A stretch of 64,000 nt of DNA from Candidatus Latescibacterota bacterium. Its GTDB lineage: Bacteria > Latescibacterota > UBA2968 > GCA-2709665. The position numbers were made by a program, and so were the translations under genes. Position 1 is the first letter of the stretch. The number at the start of each line of letters is the position of its first letter. Below, in pieces: positions 50,699 through 60,757 of this stretch. The stretch spans positions 2,400,001 to 2,464,000 of the forward strand of contig OZ220733.1 of the NCBI GenBank assembly GCA_965116875.1, in the 5' to 3' direction. The notes under the pieces were generated by a model. The model did not search any database. It saw nothing but the letters and a program-made list of their open reading frames with translations, and had not been told where the DNA came from.

Positions 50699-52420
50699 CT
50701 ATCTCATCTTCAGGACCACGTCCAGTATCACCGGAAGCCAGGTCGCGCAGGCAAGGTTGGAAGCCGACTTGAGATTCAGAAGGGCTGCCCGAAGGGTCTC
50801 TTTCGCTTTCCCGTCCTGACGGGCCGCGACCTGTGCCCTGGCAAGGTCCGCGTAGCTCCACGTCGTGATCCCCGCCGCACCCGTGCCGGTCAACCCCGCA
50901 GCCGCGGATCCCAACGTCCTGCGAGAACCGGTGAGGTCGCCTGATTGCGTCTGCGCCAGCGCGATTTCCGCCAGCGCGCGGATCCTTTTATTGGAATCCC
51001 TGATGGCCCCCGCGGTTTCCACGGCCTTCGTGAACCGTCCGGCCCCGGCCTGGGCCGTTACGATTTCCCTGAAAACGGCGTCCCGCCGCGACATCGGATC
51101 AATCTTTCCCGCATTGTACAGGCTCCGCCGGATCTGGCCGGTTTGCGCCTGGCGCATCGCGACGTGATAGACCAGATCACTCTTCGCCTCGATATCTCCG
51201 CGGATTCTCGATACGCCGATTTCGAGCAGCGTTTCAAGCTGGTCCGCCGGTATGTGGTAGACCAGGTCCCGCGCGAGGTTGTGGTCGCCGGACGACATGA
51301 TGCGTCGGGCAGCGGCGTCGATGGCCCGGCCGGCGCCCCCGGCGTCTCCAGCCGCGTTCTGCGCCGACGCGATATTAAACAGCCACTTCACCTGTGCCGG
51401 TGACGCATCCTCGCTGACAGCCTGCCAAGCCCTGTCCAGCGTCTTCCGGGCGCCATTCAGGTCCTCGACCCTCACCTGGGCCCCGGCGATCTGAATGAGG
51501 ACGTAAGGGTCAACGTCGGCCATCGACGCAATCGTCGCTCCGGCGCTGTAGACGTCCATCCCCGTCCCCCCGGCCTGCAGCGCTTTGTCCAGCGTCTTGC
51601 GGGCGCCCGGTTCGTCACCCGCTTCGGCCTGTGCCCAGGCGACCTTTCCAAGCGCGATTGCCCGCCGGTATCCGTCGATGATGTCAGCGGCGTCCTCAAC
51701 CGCCAGATCGAAGAAGGCCCCGGCGTCGTCCCGTCTGCCTTGCCGCGCAAGCGTCGAAGCCACGCCGGCCAATGCCTCGATCCGAACCTGAATATCGTCA
51801 ATAGACCTGGCGGTCGCGCGGGCGGAAGCTGTATATCCCACTGCCGCCTGGGCCAGCGCGACCCTGTTCAGATTCCGCGCCCGACGATCGCCTGTTCCAT
51901 TCGAGCGAGCAGCCGCGACAGCGATGCGGAAACTCTCCAGGGCGGCCCCCAGGTCTCCTTTCCCGGCCGATGCGGACGCCACGCCAACCAGCGCATCGAT
52001 CCGACCCTGAACGTCTCCAATCGACCCGGCCGTTGCGCGCGCAGAAACCACGTCCCCGGCCCCAGCCTGCACACGCGCGACATCGCGCAACGCCCGGGCG
52101 CGCGCGTATCCGCCTTTTACCTTCCTGGCCGTCGCCACTGCAAGATCGAAGTGTTCCCTGGCTTCCCCTGCATTGCCGGCAAGGGCAAGCGCAGACGCGC
52201 CGGCGGCAAACGCGACGGCGCGTATTTCCAATTCCCAATCGGACCTCGCGTTGAACGCCCTTGCGGCCTGAAGCGTCAGCCGCGAGATACAGTCCGGACT
52301 TGCAAAACGCCAGCAATTCGCGGACCCTCTGTCGACAGCATTCGCCGCCGCCTGCGAGGGGTTTACGATCCCGTTGCCCATCGCCAGCGCGGCCGAGACG
52401 ATCCACACATACAAATTCAT
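50699..52420 (-). CDS. Exported alpha-helical (TPR-like) repeat protein
   Basis: Signal peptide; repeated AL..VA.AQA.AGD...A...A..I.D units. Confidence 0.8.
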   Translation of the reverse strand: MNLYVWIVSAALAMGNGIVNPSQAAANAVDRGSANCWRFASPDCISRLTLQAARAFNARSDWELEIRAVAFAAGASALALAGNAGEAREHFDLAVATARKVKGGYARARALRDVARVQAGAGDVVSARATAGSIGDVQGRIDALVGVASASAGKGDLGAALESFRIAVAAARSNGTGDRRARNLNRVALAQAAVGYTASARATARSIDDIQVRIEALAGVASTLARQGRRDDAGAFFDLAVEDAADIIDGYRRAIALGKVAWAQAEAGDEPGARKTLDKALQAGGTGMDVYSAGATIASMADVDPYVLIQIAGAQVRVEDLNGARKTLDRAWQAVSEDASPAQVKWLFNIASAQNAAGDAGGAGRAIDAAARRIMSSGDHNLARDLVYHIPADQLETLLEIGVSRIRGDIEAKSDLVYHVAMRQAQTGQIRRSLYNAGKIDPMSRRDAVFREIVTAQAGAGRFTKAVETAGAIRDSNKRIRALAEIALAQTQSGDLTGSRRTLGSAAAGLTGTGAAGITTWSYADLARAQVAARQDGKAKETLRAALLNLKSASNLACATWLPVILDVVLKMR

Positions 52421-52550
52421 CGTCCATCCTCTGGTTTACATGGGCAGTTCTCGCCGTCGAACGTAGGCAGACAGGGTAAACCGCCGTTTAATCGCCTCTA
52501 TCAACTTACATATATTCGAACGAACGTCCCCGAAACCATGCGAATCATGG

Positions 52551-53738
52551 TTAATATTCAAACGGCGACACCTGCGCTTCTGTGATTTCCACCCCGAACC
52601 CCGGTCCGTCCAGCGGCTTCATTCGTCCGCCTCTGGGGACGGAGACGCCGGGGGGCCGTGCGGCGGCGTCCGGGTCGACGCCCGGTGGGCTGGCGATGTA
52701 ACACTCTGTCCACGGAATCGCAGGCATCGCGTAACAGACGTGCTGCCCGTACGGCGTATTGCCGCCGCCATGGGGTATGACCGAAATGCCGGCGGCCTCG
52801 GCGATCGCGCAGATCTTGACGATCGCGGTCATTCCGCCCACCCAGTTGATGTCCGGCTGGAATATGTCCAGGAGGTGCCGGCTGGCCGCGTGCTGGAAAG
52901 GCACGGTCGTATACCAGTGCTCTCCCGTGGCCAGGGTCGCCCAGGGAAGCCGGCGGCGCAATTCGGCATGGGCGTCGAGGTCCTCCGAACGGAGCATTTC
53001 CTCCATCCACTTGAGTTTACTTGGGCGCAGTTCCTCCGCAAGGCGAACGGCGTACTCCACGTCGAACGCCATCCAGCAGTCCAGCATGAGTTCCACGTTG
53101 TCGCCGGCGAGGTCCCGCGTGCCGGCCACAAGATCCACGTTTTTCTTCAGGCCTTCCAGGCCGTCGGCCGGACCGTACGGGCACGGCAGCTTGATGGCCT
53201 CGAAGCCCAGTTCCAGGTACCAGTCGGCGTCGCCGCCGGTGGCGTAGCAGAACATCTCGTCGCGCGCCGGCCCGCCCAGAAGCTCGTAAACCGGCTTGTC
53301 CAGCAGCTTACCCTTCAGGTCCCAGAGCGCGAGGTCGATGGCGCTCACGGCGTACGCATGCAGACCGGTGGCGCCGTACGAGGCCCCCATCCGGACCATC
53401 ATATCGTAGCACTTTTCGGTTGCCAGGCAGGGCTCGCCCTCAAGACGCGGCCCGAGAAAATCGTCGATGATGGCCGCCACGGGGCGTCCGTGACTGGCGC
53501 TGGCGAAACCCAGGGTGCCGTCTTCGGCTTCCACGACACAGCCGAAGCCGCCCCAATTCGGCAACCAGGAGGGACGAAATGCGGCGTACCGCGGATAGCG
53601 CGTCATGGGATTGGCGACGGGGCCCTGGGCGGCCCATGACGGACGACGCGCCGTCCTGTATTCCACGGCGCCAGGTTTCGCGCGTCCGTACGTATCGGGA
53701 AAATTCACGTTTACGGCACGTATGGACTTGATCTTCAT
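52551..53738 (-). CDS. Enolase-superfamily acid-sugar dehydratase (L-rhamnonate dehydratase-like)
   Basis: VANPMTRYP, SAIDLALWDL, MLDCWM, KWMEE, GEH, QPD, IPHG. Confidence 0.9.
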   Translation of the reverse strand: MKIKSIRAVNVNFPDTYGRAKPGAVEYRTARRPSWAAQGPVANPMTRYPRYAAFRPSWLPNWGGFGCVVEAEDGTLGFASASHGRPVAAIIDDFLGPRLEGEPCLATEKCYDMMVRMGASYGATGLHAYAVSAIDLALWDLKGKLLDKPVYELLGGPARDEMFCYATGGDADWYLELGFEAIKLPCPYGPADGLEGLKKNVDLVAGTRDLAGDNVELMLDCWMAFDVEYAVRLAEELRPSKLKWMEEMLRSEDLDAHAELRRRLPWATLATGEHWYTTVPFQHAASRHLLDIFQPDINWVGGMTAIVKICAIAEAAGISVIPHGGGNTPYGQHVCYAMPAIPWTECYIASPPGVDPDAAARPPGVSVPRGGRMKPLDGPGFGVEITEAQVSPFEY

Positions 53739-53802
53739 GTTGATATTCCTCCCGATTGCCAAATCAACTGCCGCCGGTCCGGGCGGCGAGGGGGCCTTCC
53801 GA

Positions 53803-54744
53803 TCACCCCTGCCAGTCCGGTGGGAGTTCCAGGGACCAGACTTCGCTGTTCAGCGGCCGGGCATGCCCGCCGGCCAGCCAGATCCTGTCCTTGAAGACGT
53901 AGGCCGAATGCTCGTGCCGATTCGTCCAGATCACGTCGGATTTGAGTTCCGTCCAGTTCGCGCCGTCCTTCGAGTACCACACGTCGCCGAAGTCGCCGTC
54001 CTTGCGCGACCATCCCCCCAGGACCCACATATGGTCCCGGTAGACGACGAGGGAAAACCACATGCGCTTCTTCCAGGGCGCCCCGGCCGTTACCTGCGTC
54101 CAGTTCACTCCGTCTTCCGAGCACCATACGTCGTTGAGCGGGATGGTCTCCGGCTGCCACGCGCCGCCGCCCATGATCCAGATTTTGTTCTGAAAGACCA
54201 CGGCCTGGGCGTGCGTCCGCTTCGGCCATGCGGCATGCTCGATCTCGCATCTCCAGTTCCTGCCGTCGGCGGTGGACCAGACGTCGTTTTTGAGCGTCGT
54301 GTCATCGTCCTGATAGAAATTCTCGGTCCCGCCCATGATCCACATCCGGTCCCTGAATACGACGAACGACGGCGATACCCTGGGGCACCACCCCGGATCA
54401 TCCGTTTCCAGGACCCATTCGGCGCCGTCGGGCGACGACCATACCGTGTTCGTATTCTCCGCACCGGGCAGTTTCCGCCCGCCCATCAGCCATATCCGAT
54501 CCCTGAACGGCATGGTCGCCGGAAGGTCGCCGTGTTCCCACGGCGCAACCTCAACGGTTCGGGTCCAGTTCACCCCGTCGGACGACTTCCAGACGTCACG
54601 AGGATTGGGCGTCTGCGGGGTGAACCATCCGCCAAAGATCCACATGTGACCGTCCCACACCATCTCCCCCTGTGAGTCCCGCGCCTGCCATGCCGCCTTC
54701 TCGGTCACGCATACCCAGTCGGGGCCCTTCATCACGTTGCTCAT
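53803..54744 (-). CDS. Kelch-repeat beta-propeller protein
   Basis: Six repeats of F.DRMWIMGG...NDVW.S.DG.NW. Confidence 0.88.
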   Translation of the reverse strand: MSNVMKGPDWVCVTEKAAWQARDSQGEMVWDGHMWIFGGWFTPQTPNPRDVWKSSDGVNWTRTVEVAPWEHGDLPATMPFRDRIWLMGGRKLPGAENTNTVWSSPDGAEWVLETDDPGWCPRVSPSFVVFRDRMWIMGGTENFYQDDDTTLKNDVWSTADGRNWRCEIEHAAWPKRTHAQAVVFQNKIWIMGGGAWQPETIPLNDVWCSEDGVNWTQVTAGAPWKKRMWFSLVVYRDHMWVLGGWSRKDGDFGDVWYSKDGANWTELKSDVIWTNRHEHSAYVFKDRIWLAGGHARPLNSEVWSLELPPDWQG

Positions 54745-54844
54745 ATCGGTTTCTCCCGGAAAAGTGAGCATTTGCCCCTGCTCTTGACTTTTTTCCTGCC
54801 TTTCGTGTCCATCCATGCAGGTTTGGGTTCTTAAATGAGTGAAG

Positions 54845-55885
54845 TTAACTCAGCGTCCAGCCCGCTGCGTCGACCGCCAGCTTCCTGTGTCCCCTGTAGC
54901 GATCGTATACCGCGTGCATTTCCTCGATGCTGTCGAAGTAACCTACGATATGTGCCGCGCTGAACGTATCTCCGGCCCTTACGGGCAAGCCGTGCATTTC
55001 AAGGATCATCACGATGATATCCCCCGGCCGCTGGCTGCACCAGGCCTCGTAGACGACGGAAGGATCCAGCGTGAGGCCGCCCAGCCAGGGCCCTTCGCCG
55101 CCCGTTTCCGGATCCCGATGCCGGTACGCCCGGATGAAATGCCCGGGCATTCTGTTCAAATCGCGGCGATACCCGAACTTCCGGTCCGGCGGGAATGGAT
55201 CGAAGAACTCGCTGGAAGGGATACGCAGGCCGTTAGGACCGCTCAGATAGCTGAGGTAGATTTCGCTGAACCTGTCACCCCTCGTGTGCCGGACGCAGCC
55301 GGGCGTGTCGTTCCTGAGAAACATCTCCGGGGAATCGTTCACGCTGTCTATCTGATCCATCAACACGAAGAACCGCTCGTCCCTGGGAAAAACAATCAAC
55401 TGGGTCCATTGCGACCCCGTGTTGCGGCCCGGCGCCGCATATTCGAAACGATACCGGGTCCTGACGGCGATGAAGTCGCTCCCGCGAGTCACATTCGGCT
55501 GCACGGGTTTCATCCGGTGGCAGAGCTGCGGCCCCTCGATCATGCGCTTGCGATGGCTGCTTCCGTGCGCCAGGTTGGCGTATTCCCGGCTCCCCGGGTC
55601 CGACTCGTTCTCATGCCAGCGGTATCGCCCCAGGCCATGGCCGTCGTCGCTAATCACGCTCGCGCCATACGATTCGTCGCTGCCGGGCTCCATCAGCCAG
55701 TCGACCACCATCAGTCCGTCGCCGATTTCGGAGAATCCGGTTTTCTTGTCGACGAACGAACCCTTTTCGATCCCCGTCATCCACTGCTTCGGGTCCCGCT
55801 TGGGAATCGCGGCTTCGAGTTCGGCGGTCTCGATCCGGATCCTTCGATCGTCTTCGATCACGTTTGCCCACGCGGCATCTTTCAT
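54845..55885 (-). CDS. Conserved hypothetical protein
   Basis: 346-aa ORF collinear with neighbouring genes; no motif recognised. Confidence 0.75.
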   Translation of the reverse strand: MKDAAWANVIEDDRRIRIETAELEAAIPKRDPKQWMTGIEKGSFVDKKTGFSEIGDGLMVVDWLMEPGSDESYGASVISDDGHGLGRYRWHENESDPGSREYANLAHGSSHRKRMIEGPQLCHRMKPVQPNVTRGSDFIAVRTRYRFEYAAPGRNTGSQWTQLIVFPRDERFFVLMDQIDSVNDSPEMFLRNDTPGCVRHTRGDRFSEIYLSYLSGPNGLRIPSSEFFDPFPPDRKFGYRRDLNRMPGHFIRAYRHRDPETGGEGPWLGGLTLDPSVVYEAWCSQRPGDIIVMILEMHGLPVRAGDTFSAAHIVGYFDSIEEMHAVYDRYRGHRKLAVDAAGWTLS

Positions 55886-55934
55886 GAATCGGCTCCCACA
55901 TTTCCGGCATCAAATTGACAATCGGTGATTGGGG

Positions 55935-56107
55935 GTGAGAAGGGAGAAAACCGGGTAGACGGGAGACGGAAGAGGGTAGAGATCGCATGCCGTAAAGGAT
56001 TTCTTCTCATGCCGCAGGCAAGGAGGGAATACATACCGGGCGAGGATTTCTTCTCCCGTCTACCGGCTCTCGTCTAACCGCCTTTCTTCTACCCTCTCCC
56101 TTCTCAC
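55935..56107. repeat. Purine/pyrimidine-skewed imperfect inverted repeat
   Basis: gtgagaagggaga/tctcccttctcac and ggtagacgggaga/tctcccgtctacc complementary pairs. Confidence 0.65.
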
Positions 56108-56177
56108 GTCTTCCCGCCTTTAGCTGATAGCTGAATTTTAAGCCATCGCACCAACAATATCAACAGACATCGACCGA

Positions 56178-57356
56178 TCAGGACAGAATCTCGTGAAGTT
56201 CGTTGCTTTCCAGGGTGATCCGCACACTTCCGTTGTCCGTAATCACGAAGACATCCTCCCACAGCATCTGAACCCCTTCCGCGGACAATCCGGGCTCTGT
56301 GCTCAGAACCATCCCTGACGCCAGCGGCGTATGATCGTCAGGATGTATGCTCGGCGGCTCGGTAATCAACATGCCCTGCCCGTGGCCCATACGGGAGGGT
56401 CCGAAACGCACCAGCCCTTCTGACTGCGAACAGGCCGTCCCGATCGCTTCGTTTCCCACGCGGTAGATCTTGGAACACGGCACCCCGGGCCCAAGCGCCG
56501 CGGCCATGCTCCGGTTCACCTCCAGCAGCGCGTCGTACATGCGTTTCAACGCATCCGTCGCCCGGCCCAGGACACCCCACCTCGTATAGTCGATGGTATA
56601 CATACCCACGCGGGCGCCCGCATCCACACCCACAACCTGGCCGGCCTCCAGCGGCCGGTCGTAGCCGAACGGGTTCCGCGATCCCGGAATACCCAGAAGC
56701 AACATGACGAACGACGTCCCGTCGCCGCCCTCTTCCAGAATCAGCTGCCGCAAGAGACGGATGGTCTCGCGTTCCGTCATCCCCGGTCGAATCATCCCGA
56801 ACAGCCGCTGGCGGGCTCTTGCCGTCACCTCTCCCGCCACACGGATATACGCGATCTCTTCCTCCGACTTCACCATCCGCAATGTCACGATGACATCCGC
56901 GGCGTCCACGAAAGCGACGTCGGGTAACACAGCAGCCAGTTCCAGATACGCGCCTGGTTGCATTCCCATCCGCTGTTCCAGCCCGAGCTCCACGCCCACG
57001 GACCCCCCGGCCGCCCCCGCGTCCCGAAGCGCCTGGACCACGACGGCCCGCGGAAACTCAAACAGGTCCGCGTACCCGCGCACATCGGTCACGTAGGACC
57101 CGAGCGCCAGGTTGTCCTGTCCCTGCGTGACAACGATCGGCTCCGTCTTCAGAGGAAGGATAAACACCGACGGACGGGTCAGCGAAGCGTGGAGGGCGGC
57201 GCTCGCCGCCGTGCCGGCGAAATACTGAAAGTTCTCTTCGCCGGTAACGAACAGGGCGTCCATCCCGCGCCGGTCCATTTCCTCACGCGCGCGGGCATAC
57301 CGCCGCTCCATCTCCCCGCGGGAGAACATCGCGTATTCAAGATCGTGAGATGGCAT
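56178..57356 (-). CDS. M24 (Xaa-Pro/creatinase) family peptidase
   Basis: LRMVKSEEEI, DAG..DYTR, GHGQG, STEP, ED metal ligands. Confidence 0.9.
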   Translation of the reverse strand: MPSHDLEYAMFSRGEMERRYARAREEMDRRGMDALFVTGEENFQYFAGTAASAALHASLTRPSVFILPLKTEPIVVTQGQDNLALGSYVTDVRGYADLFEFPRAVVVQALRDAGAAGGSVGVELGLEQRMGMQPGAYLELAAVLPDVAFVDAADVIVTLRMVKSEEEIAYIRVAGEVTARARQRLFGMIRPGMTERETIRLLRQLILEEGGDGTSFVMLLLGIPGSRNPFGYDRPLEAGQVVGVDAGARVGMYTIDYTRWGVLGRATDALKRMYDALLEVNRSMAAALGPGVPCSKIYRVGNEAIGTACSQSEGLVRFGPSRMGHGQGMLITEPPSIHPDDHTPLASGMVLSTEPGLSAEGVQMLWEDVFVITDNGSVRITLESNELHEILS

Positions 57357-57541
57357 CGCCTTTCCGCCGCCCGGTGTGTGACCCATCCGGAACGTCGCGG
57401 TTCATGTCGACCCGAACCGCTGTCCCGCGAGTTTCGGAATTGACCATCATCGGCGACTCACGTTGTCGAGCAAATCGGAGTCAACAAAATCATATTATTT
57501 GTAAACTGATTTCTATTTATCACACTATAATCGAAATATCC

Positions 57542-57595
57542 TATTAATATTGTAATATATATTGACAAAATTTTATTAATATTGTATAATTTTGT
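57542..57595 (+). promoter_or_regulatory. Consensus sigma-70 promoter with overlapping repeats (candidate operator)
   Basis: ttgaca (57562)-17 bp-tataat (57585); tattaatattgta repeated at 57542 and 57574; acaaaatt/aattttgt inverted repeat. Confidence 0.85.
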
Positions 57596-57839
57596 TCCAA
57601 TCCCCAGGAACGGGACAACCAAGGGATGAAAGTGGCCATTCGCAGCAAAGGCAGGGCCTCCGACCCATGGCATCGAATTCTACGTTTGGCTGGCGGCATC
57701 CAAGATACCGCCAGCCCGAAACCGGCGCAAGCCACTTCGCTCGACGAGTGGGCCTGTGCGCGGGCGCAGGGCGAGGTTTTCGTCCATTCAATCGAATGTC
57801 AATTCAACGCAGGCCATCCAATCAAGGAGAATGTCAACC

Positions 57840-58229
57840 GTGCGGAAAGTACTGGAAGGATGTCCGACGTGCGGCGGTGAACTGACGATATCGGGACTGC
57901 AGTGTCACGCCTGCCATACCAGAATCGAAAGTCAATATTCAACGTGTCCCTTCTGTCGTCTGCAGCAGCAAAGCCTCGACTTTATCGAGATCTTCGTCAA
58001 GAACCGGGGCAATATCAAGGAAATGGAACGCGAACTGGGAATCTCCTATCCCACGGTGCGCAATCGTCTGAATGCCGTTATCGCCGAGCTTGGCTACGAA
58101 GTGGGCGCGGAGGCAACCCCGGCAGACGATCGGGCGGAAAAGCGCGGTGAAATCCTGAAACGACTCAATGAAGGTGAGATATCCGCGGCAGATGCGGCTG
58201 AACTGATCAAGCAACTGGGGAGGAGATGA
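57840..58229 (+). CDS. DUF2089 family protein (zinc ribbon + HTH + SHOCT-like tail)
   Basis: CPTC..CHAC, GNIKEMERELGISYPTVRNRL, GEISAADA; AAGGAG RBS before the GTG start. Confidence 0.9.
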   Translation: MRKVLEGCPTCGGELTISGLQCHACHTRIESQYSTCPFCRLQQQSLDFIEIFVKNRGNIKEMERELGISYPTVRNRLNAVIAELGYEVGAEATPADDRAEKRGEILKRLNEGEISAADAAELIKQLGRR

Positions 58230-58231
58230 CA

Positions 58232-59323
58232 ATGAGCACGGAAAGACTCGAAATCCTCAAAATGCTCTCAGAGGGAAAAATCAGCCCCGAAGAGGCCGAG
58301 TTGCTATTGCGCGCGCTCGACGAGCCGTCCGATCCGGTGGAGGAATCAGACACGGTCGCGGGCCGGCGCGAGAAGAGAAAAAGGCCCTTCGACAGATTCA
58401 CGGAAGTCTTCAGCGAACTCGGGAGAGAGATTGAGAACGAAGTGGGCAATGCGATGGACTCGGTCCGGTGGCAGGACATCGGGAAGATGGTGAACGAGGC
58501 GGTCGATCAGGCGACTTCCTCCCTCGGCGACGCGTCCGATGAATGGAAACGAGGCGCCGGAAGAGGCCGGGCGGAAAAACAGCAGGAATGGACGTTCGAT
58601 GCGGCCGGCATTGCGACAATCGACGCCAGGACCGTGAACGGCTCGATCTCGGTCAAGAGCGCCGATTCCGACAGGATCGTCGTCCGCGCCTGGAAAGCGG
58701 TTCACGGGCAACGCGACGCGAGAGAAGCGTTCGATCGGGAAGTTGAGGTGCGCGCCGAGCAGGTGGGCGATGTTCTCCGCGTTTTCGCCGACCATCCCAG
58801 ACCGCCCGGCGGCGTGAGTCTGGCCGTTCACTACGAAATCGAAACACCGCGTGCCATGTCGGTGTGCCTGCACACGGTGAATGGGAAGATCAGTGTTGGT
58901 GGAATCGATGGCGCGGTTGATGCCGAAAGCGTCAACGGCGACGTGGCAATCGAGGGTGATACCGGCCCTGTCAAGGCACAGACCGTCAACGGAAAGATCA
59001 GGGCGGAAATCGGAAGACTCCTCAATGCCGCGAGCTTTCTTACCACCAATGGATCGATCGACCTGGACGTGGACGAGTGTGCGGCTTCGGCTACCGCCAG
59101 GACCAACAACGGCGCCGTCAAAATGACGCTTGGTTCCGGATATTCAGGCCGGATCGACGCCAAAACGAACAATGGGCGCGTCCGCTGCGATTTTCCAGTC
59201 GCCGCCGAGCGCCAATCAAGGAAACGACTTAAAGGCGTCATCGGCAACGGAAGCGAAGTCGTTGTGAAGCTGCGAAGCGTGAACGGAAGTATCCATTTGA
59301 AACACCGTGAGCGTACGCAGTGA
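58232..59323 (+). CDS. DUF4097 beta-strand repeat protein with N-terminal SHOCT-like domain (YvlB/LiaX-like)
   Basis: ERLEILKMLSEGKISPEEAELLL; many TVNG.I repeats. Confidence 0.9.
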   Translation: MSTERLEILKMLSEGKISPEEAELLLRALDEPSDPVEESDTVAGRREKRKRPFDRFTEVFSELGREIENEVGNAMDSVRWQDIGKMVNEAVDQATSSLGDASDEWKRGAGRGRAEKQQEWTFDAAGIATIDARTVNGSISVKSADSDRIVVRAWKAVHGQRDAREAFDREVEVRAEQVGDVLRVFADHPRPPGGVSLAVHYEIETPRAMSVCLHTVNGKISVGGIDGAVDAESVNGDVAIEGDTGPVKAQTVNGKIRAEIGRLLNAASFLTTNGSIDLDVDECAASATARTNNGAVKMTLGSGYSGRIDAKTNNGRVRCDFPVAAERQSRKRLKGVIGNGSEVVVKLRSVNGSIHLKHRERTQ

Positions 59324-59405
59324 ATCACGCTTGACGCACATGGCGATATCGTCTGCCGTCTTTGCAGCGATTATGCGATTTCTTGCCACACTTGGCTCAT
59401 TCCAG

Positions 59406-59888
59406 CTATTTCTGCTTGCAGAGAACAGCAACAAACGCTTCCAGATCCGCGTTCTCTTCAGGCGTTAGTTCCGCTGTCGAATCCTCGGGCGCTGCATAGC
59501 GAACTGCCCCTTCCGCCAGCCGTGCATTCTTCTGATCGGTCAATCCAGCCAACTCCAAGAAACCGGTTCGTGGCATATGGAAGTAGTCGGCAAGTTGATA
59601 GGTCGTCCGAAGCGCAGGTATATAGCACATATCGCTTTCAATTCCGGCAAGTTCCGTTAGAGTCACGTCCGCGTCTGCGGCAAGCTGCTCAAGACTGATC
59701 CTTCGCTGCCTGCGCATAAGGTTGATAAGACGACCGAAGACAATGCTCGGTTCGTCGTCTTTTTCGACTCCAGGCAAAGTATCACCGTCAAACACTGGAT
59801 CGATCGCAATGCGACCGGCCCCAATTTCGGCGTCGCCCTCAATCTGGGCCAGACGCATACACCACTCCTTACTGATTATCAGATTCAT
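59406..59888 (-). CDS. XRE-type HTH protein with N- and C-terminal extensions
   Basis: FGRLINLMRRQRRISLEQLAADADV...IE..P...YQLA; overlaps the GNAT stop by 20 bp. Confidence 0.85.
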   Translation of the reverse strand: MNLIISKEWCMRLAQIEGDAEIGAGRIAIDPVFDGDTLPGVEKDDEPSIVFGRLINLMRRQRRISLEQLAADADVTLTELAGIESDMCYIPALRTTYQLADYFHMPRTGFLELAGLTDQKNARLAEGAVRYAAPEDSTAELTPEENADLEAFVAVLCKQK

Positions 59889-60519
59889 AGCTACCCCCCT
59901 TATTGACGAAGGCCTGCGCCTGTACGGGCGTCATCTCAAAGTAGTGCAGGCCCTCATAGTCGAGATCGGTACCTAGATTGGTCATGCCACAGGTATTGGC
60001 ATAAAAGCTATTTGCCTGTGGCAGCGAATGGAGCCCGATGCGCCCACGGAACTCCAACTCCTCGCTCAGCGCGACAGCAGCCCGGATGAGAATACTACCT
60101 ACGCCACGGTATCGTGGTGGGGTGAACAACTCGGGGCGGTTCCAGGGCGCGTTCTCAACGTACTCTACGTACACCAGATGTTGGCCATTCTGGACGTCCA
60201 TCCGGCATCTGTGGGTTGCCGTATCAACAATCATCAGGCCCTGCGTCATGCCATCGCAGACAAGAGCGAAACCCGGGCTTGCCAGCATCCCGTGAAGGAC
60301 GTTTACCTTGTTGCGCCAATTCCAATGGCGACTTTGAGGCCAATGAAGCCTCGCGACCCCCTCACGTTTCAGGCGCTGTATCGCGTTGAACAACGCTGGC
60401 AACCACTCGCCCTCCCAATCTGCAAGATGTTGTTCCGTAATGGCCTGCGTGAGTTCGGCTGCTTCCGATTCACCCGTCGACACGTTCGAGAGATGGACAA
60501 CCGAAACCGGTACTGTCAT
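59869..60519 (-). CDS. GNAT acetyltransferase (toxin-like)
   Basis: LVYVEYVENAPWN, RYRGVGSILIRAA acetyl-CoA loop, IGLHSLPQANSFY; ATGA overlap with the RHH gene. Confidence 0.85.
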   Translation of the reverse strand: MTVPVSVVHLSNVSTGESEAAELTQAITEQHLADWEGEWLPALFNAIQRLKREGVARLHWPQSRHWNWRNKVNVLHGMLASPGFALVCDGMTQGLMIVDTATHRCRMDVQNGQHLVYVEYVENAPWNRPELFTPPRYRGVGSILIRAAVALSEELEFRGRIGLHSLPQANSFYANTCGMTNLGTDLDYEGLHYFEMTPVQAQAFVNKGGSYESDNQ

Positions 60520-60731
60520 ACCAACATGACCTCGGCCTTCTTTTCGGTTTGTTCATCCTCGAAGAACAGCTTTTCGCCACACTCAAGCCTTGCTTCAATC
60601 AACTGATATATACGCAGCGCCTGGCGCAAGAGCGCTGTCTTGCTTAAGTCCTTCTTCTCGCTCAACGCCTCCAGCACCCCCATCTCTGCCTCCGTGAGGT
60701 TGAGTGTCATCGTCCTTTTGGTACTCATCAA
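60516..60731 (-). CDS. Ribbon-helix-helix (CopG-like) protein, putative antitoxin/repressor
   Basis: RTMTLNLT beta ribbon, LEALSEKKDLSKTALLRQAL; AAGGAGG RBS. Confidence 0.85.
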   Translation of the reverse strand: MMSTKRTMTLNLTEAEMGVLEALSEKKDLSKTALLRQALRIYQLIEARLECGEKLFFEDEQTEKKAEVMLV

Positions 60732-60757
60732 TCCATCCTCCTTTTGGCCGTCAGAAC

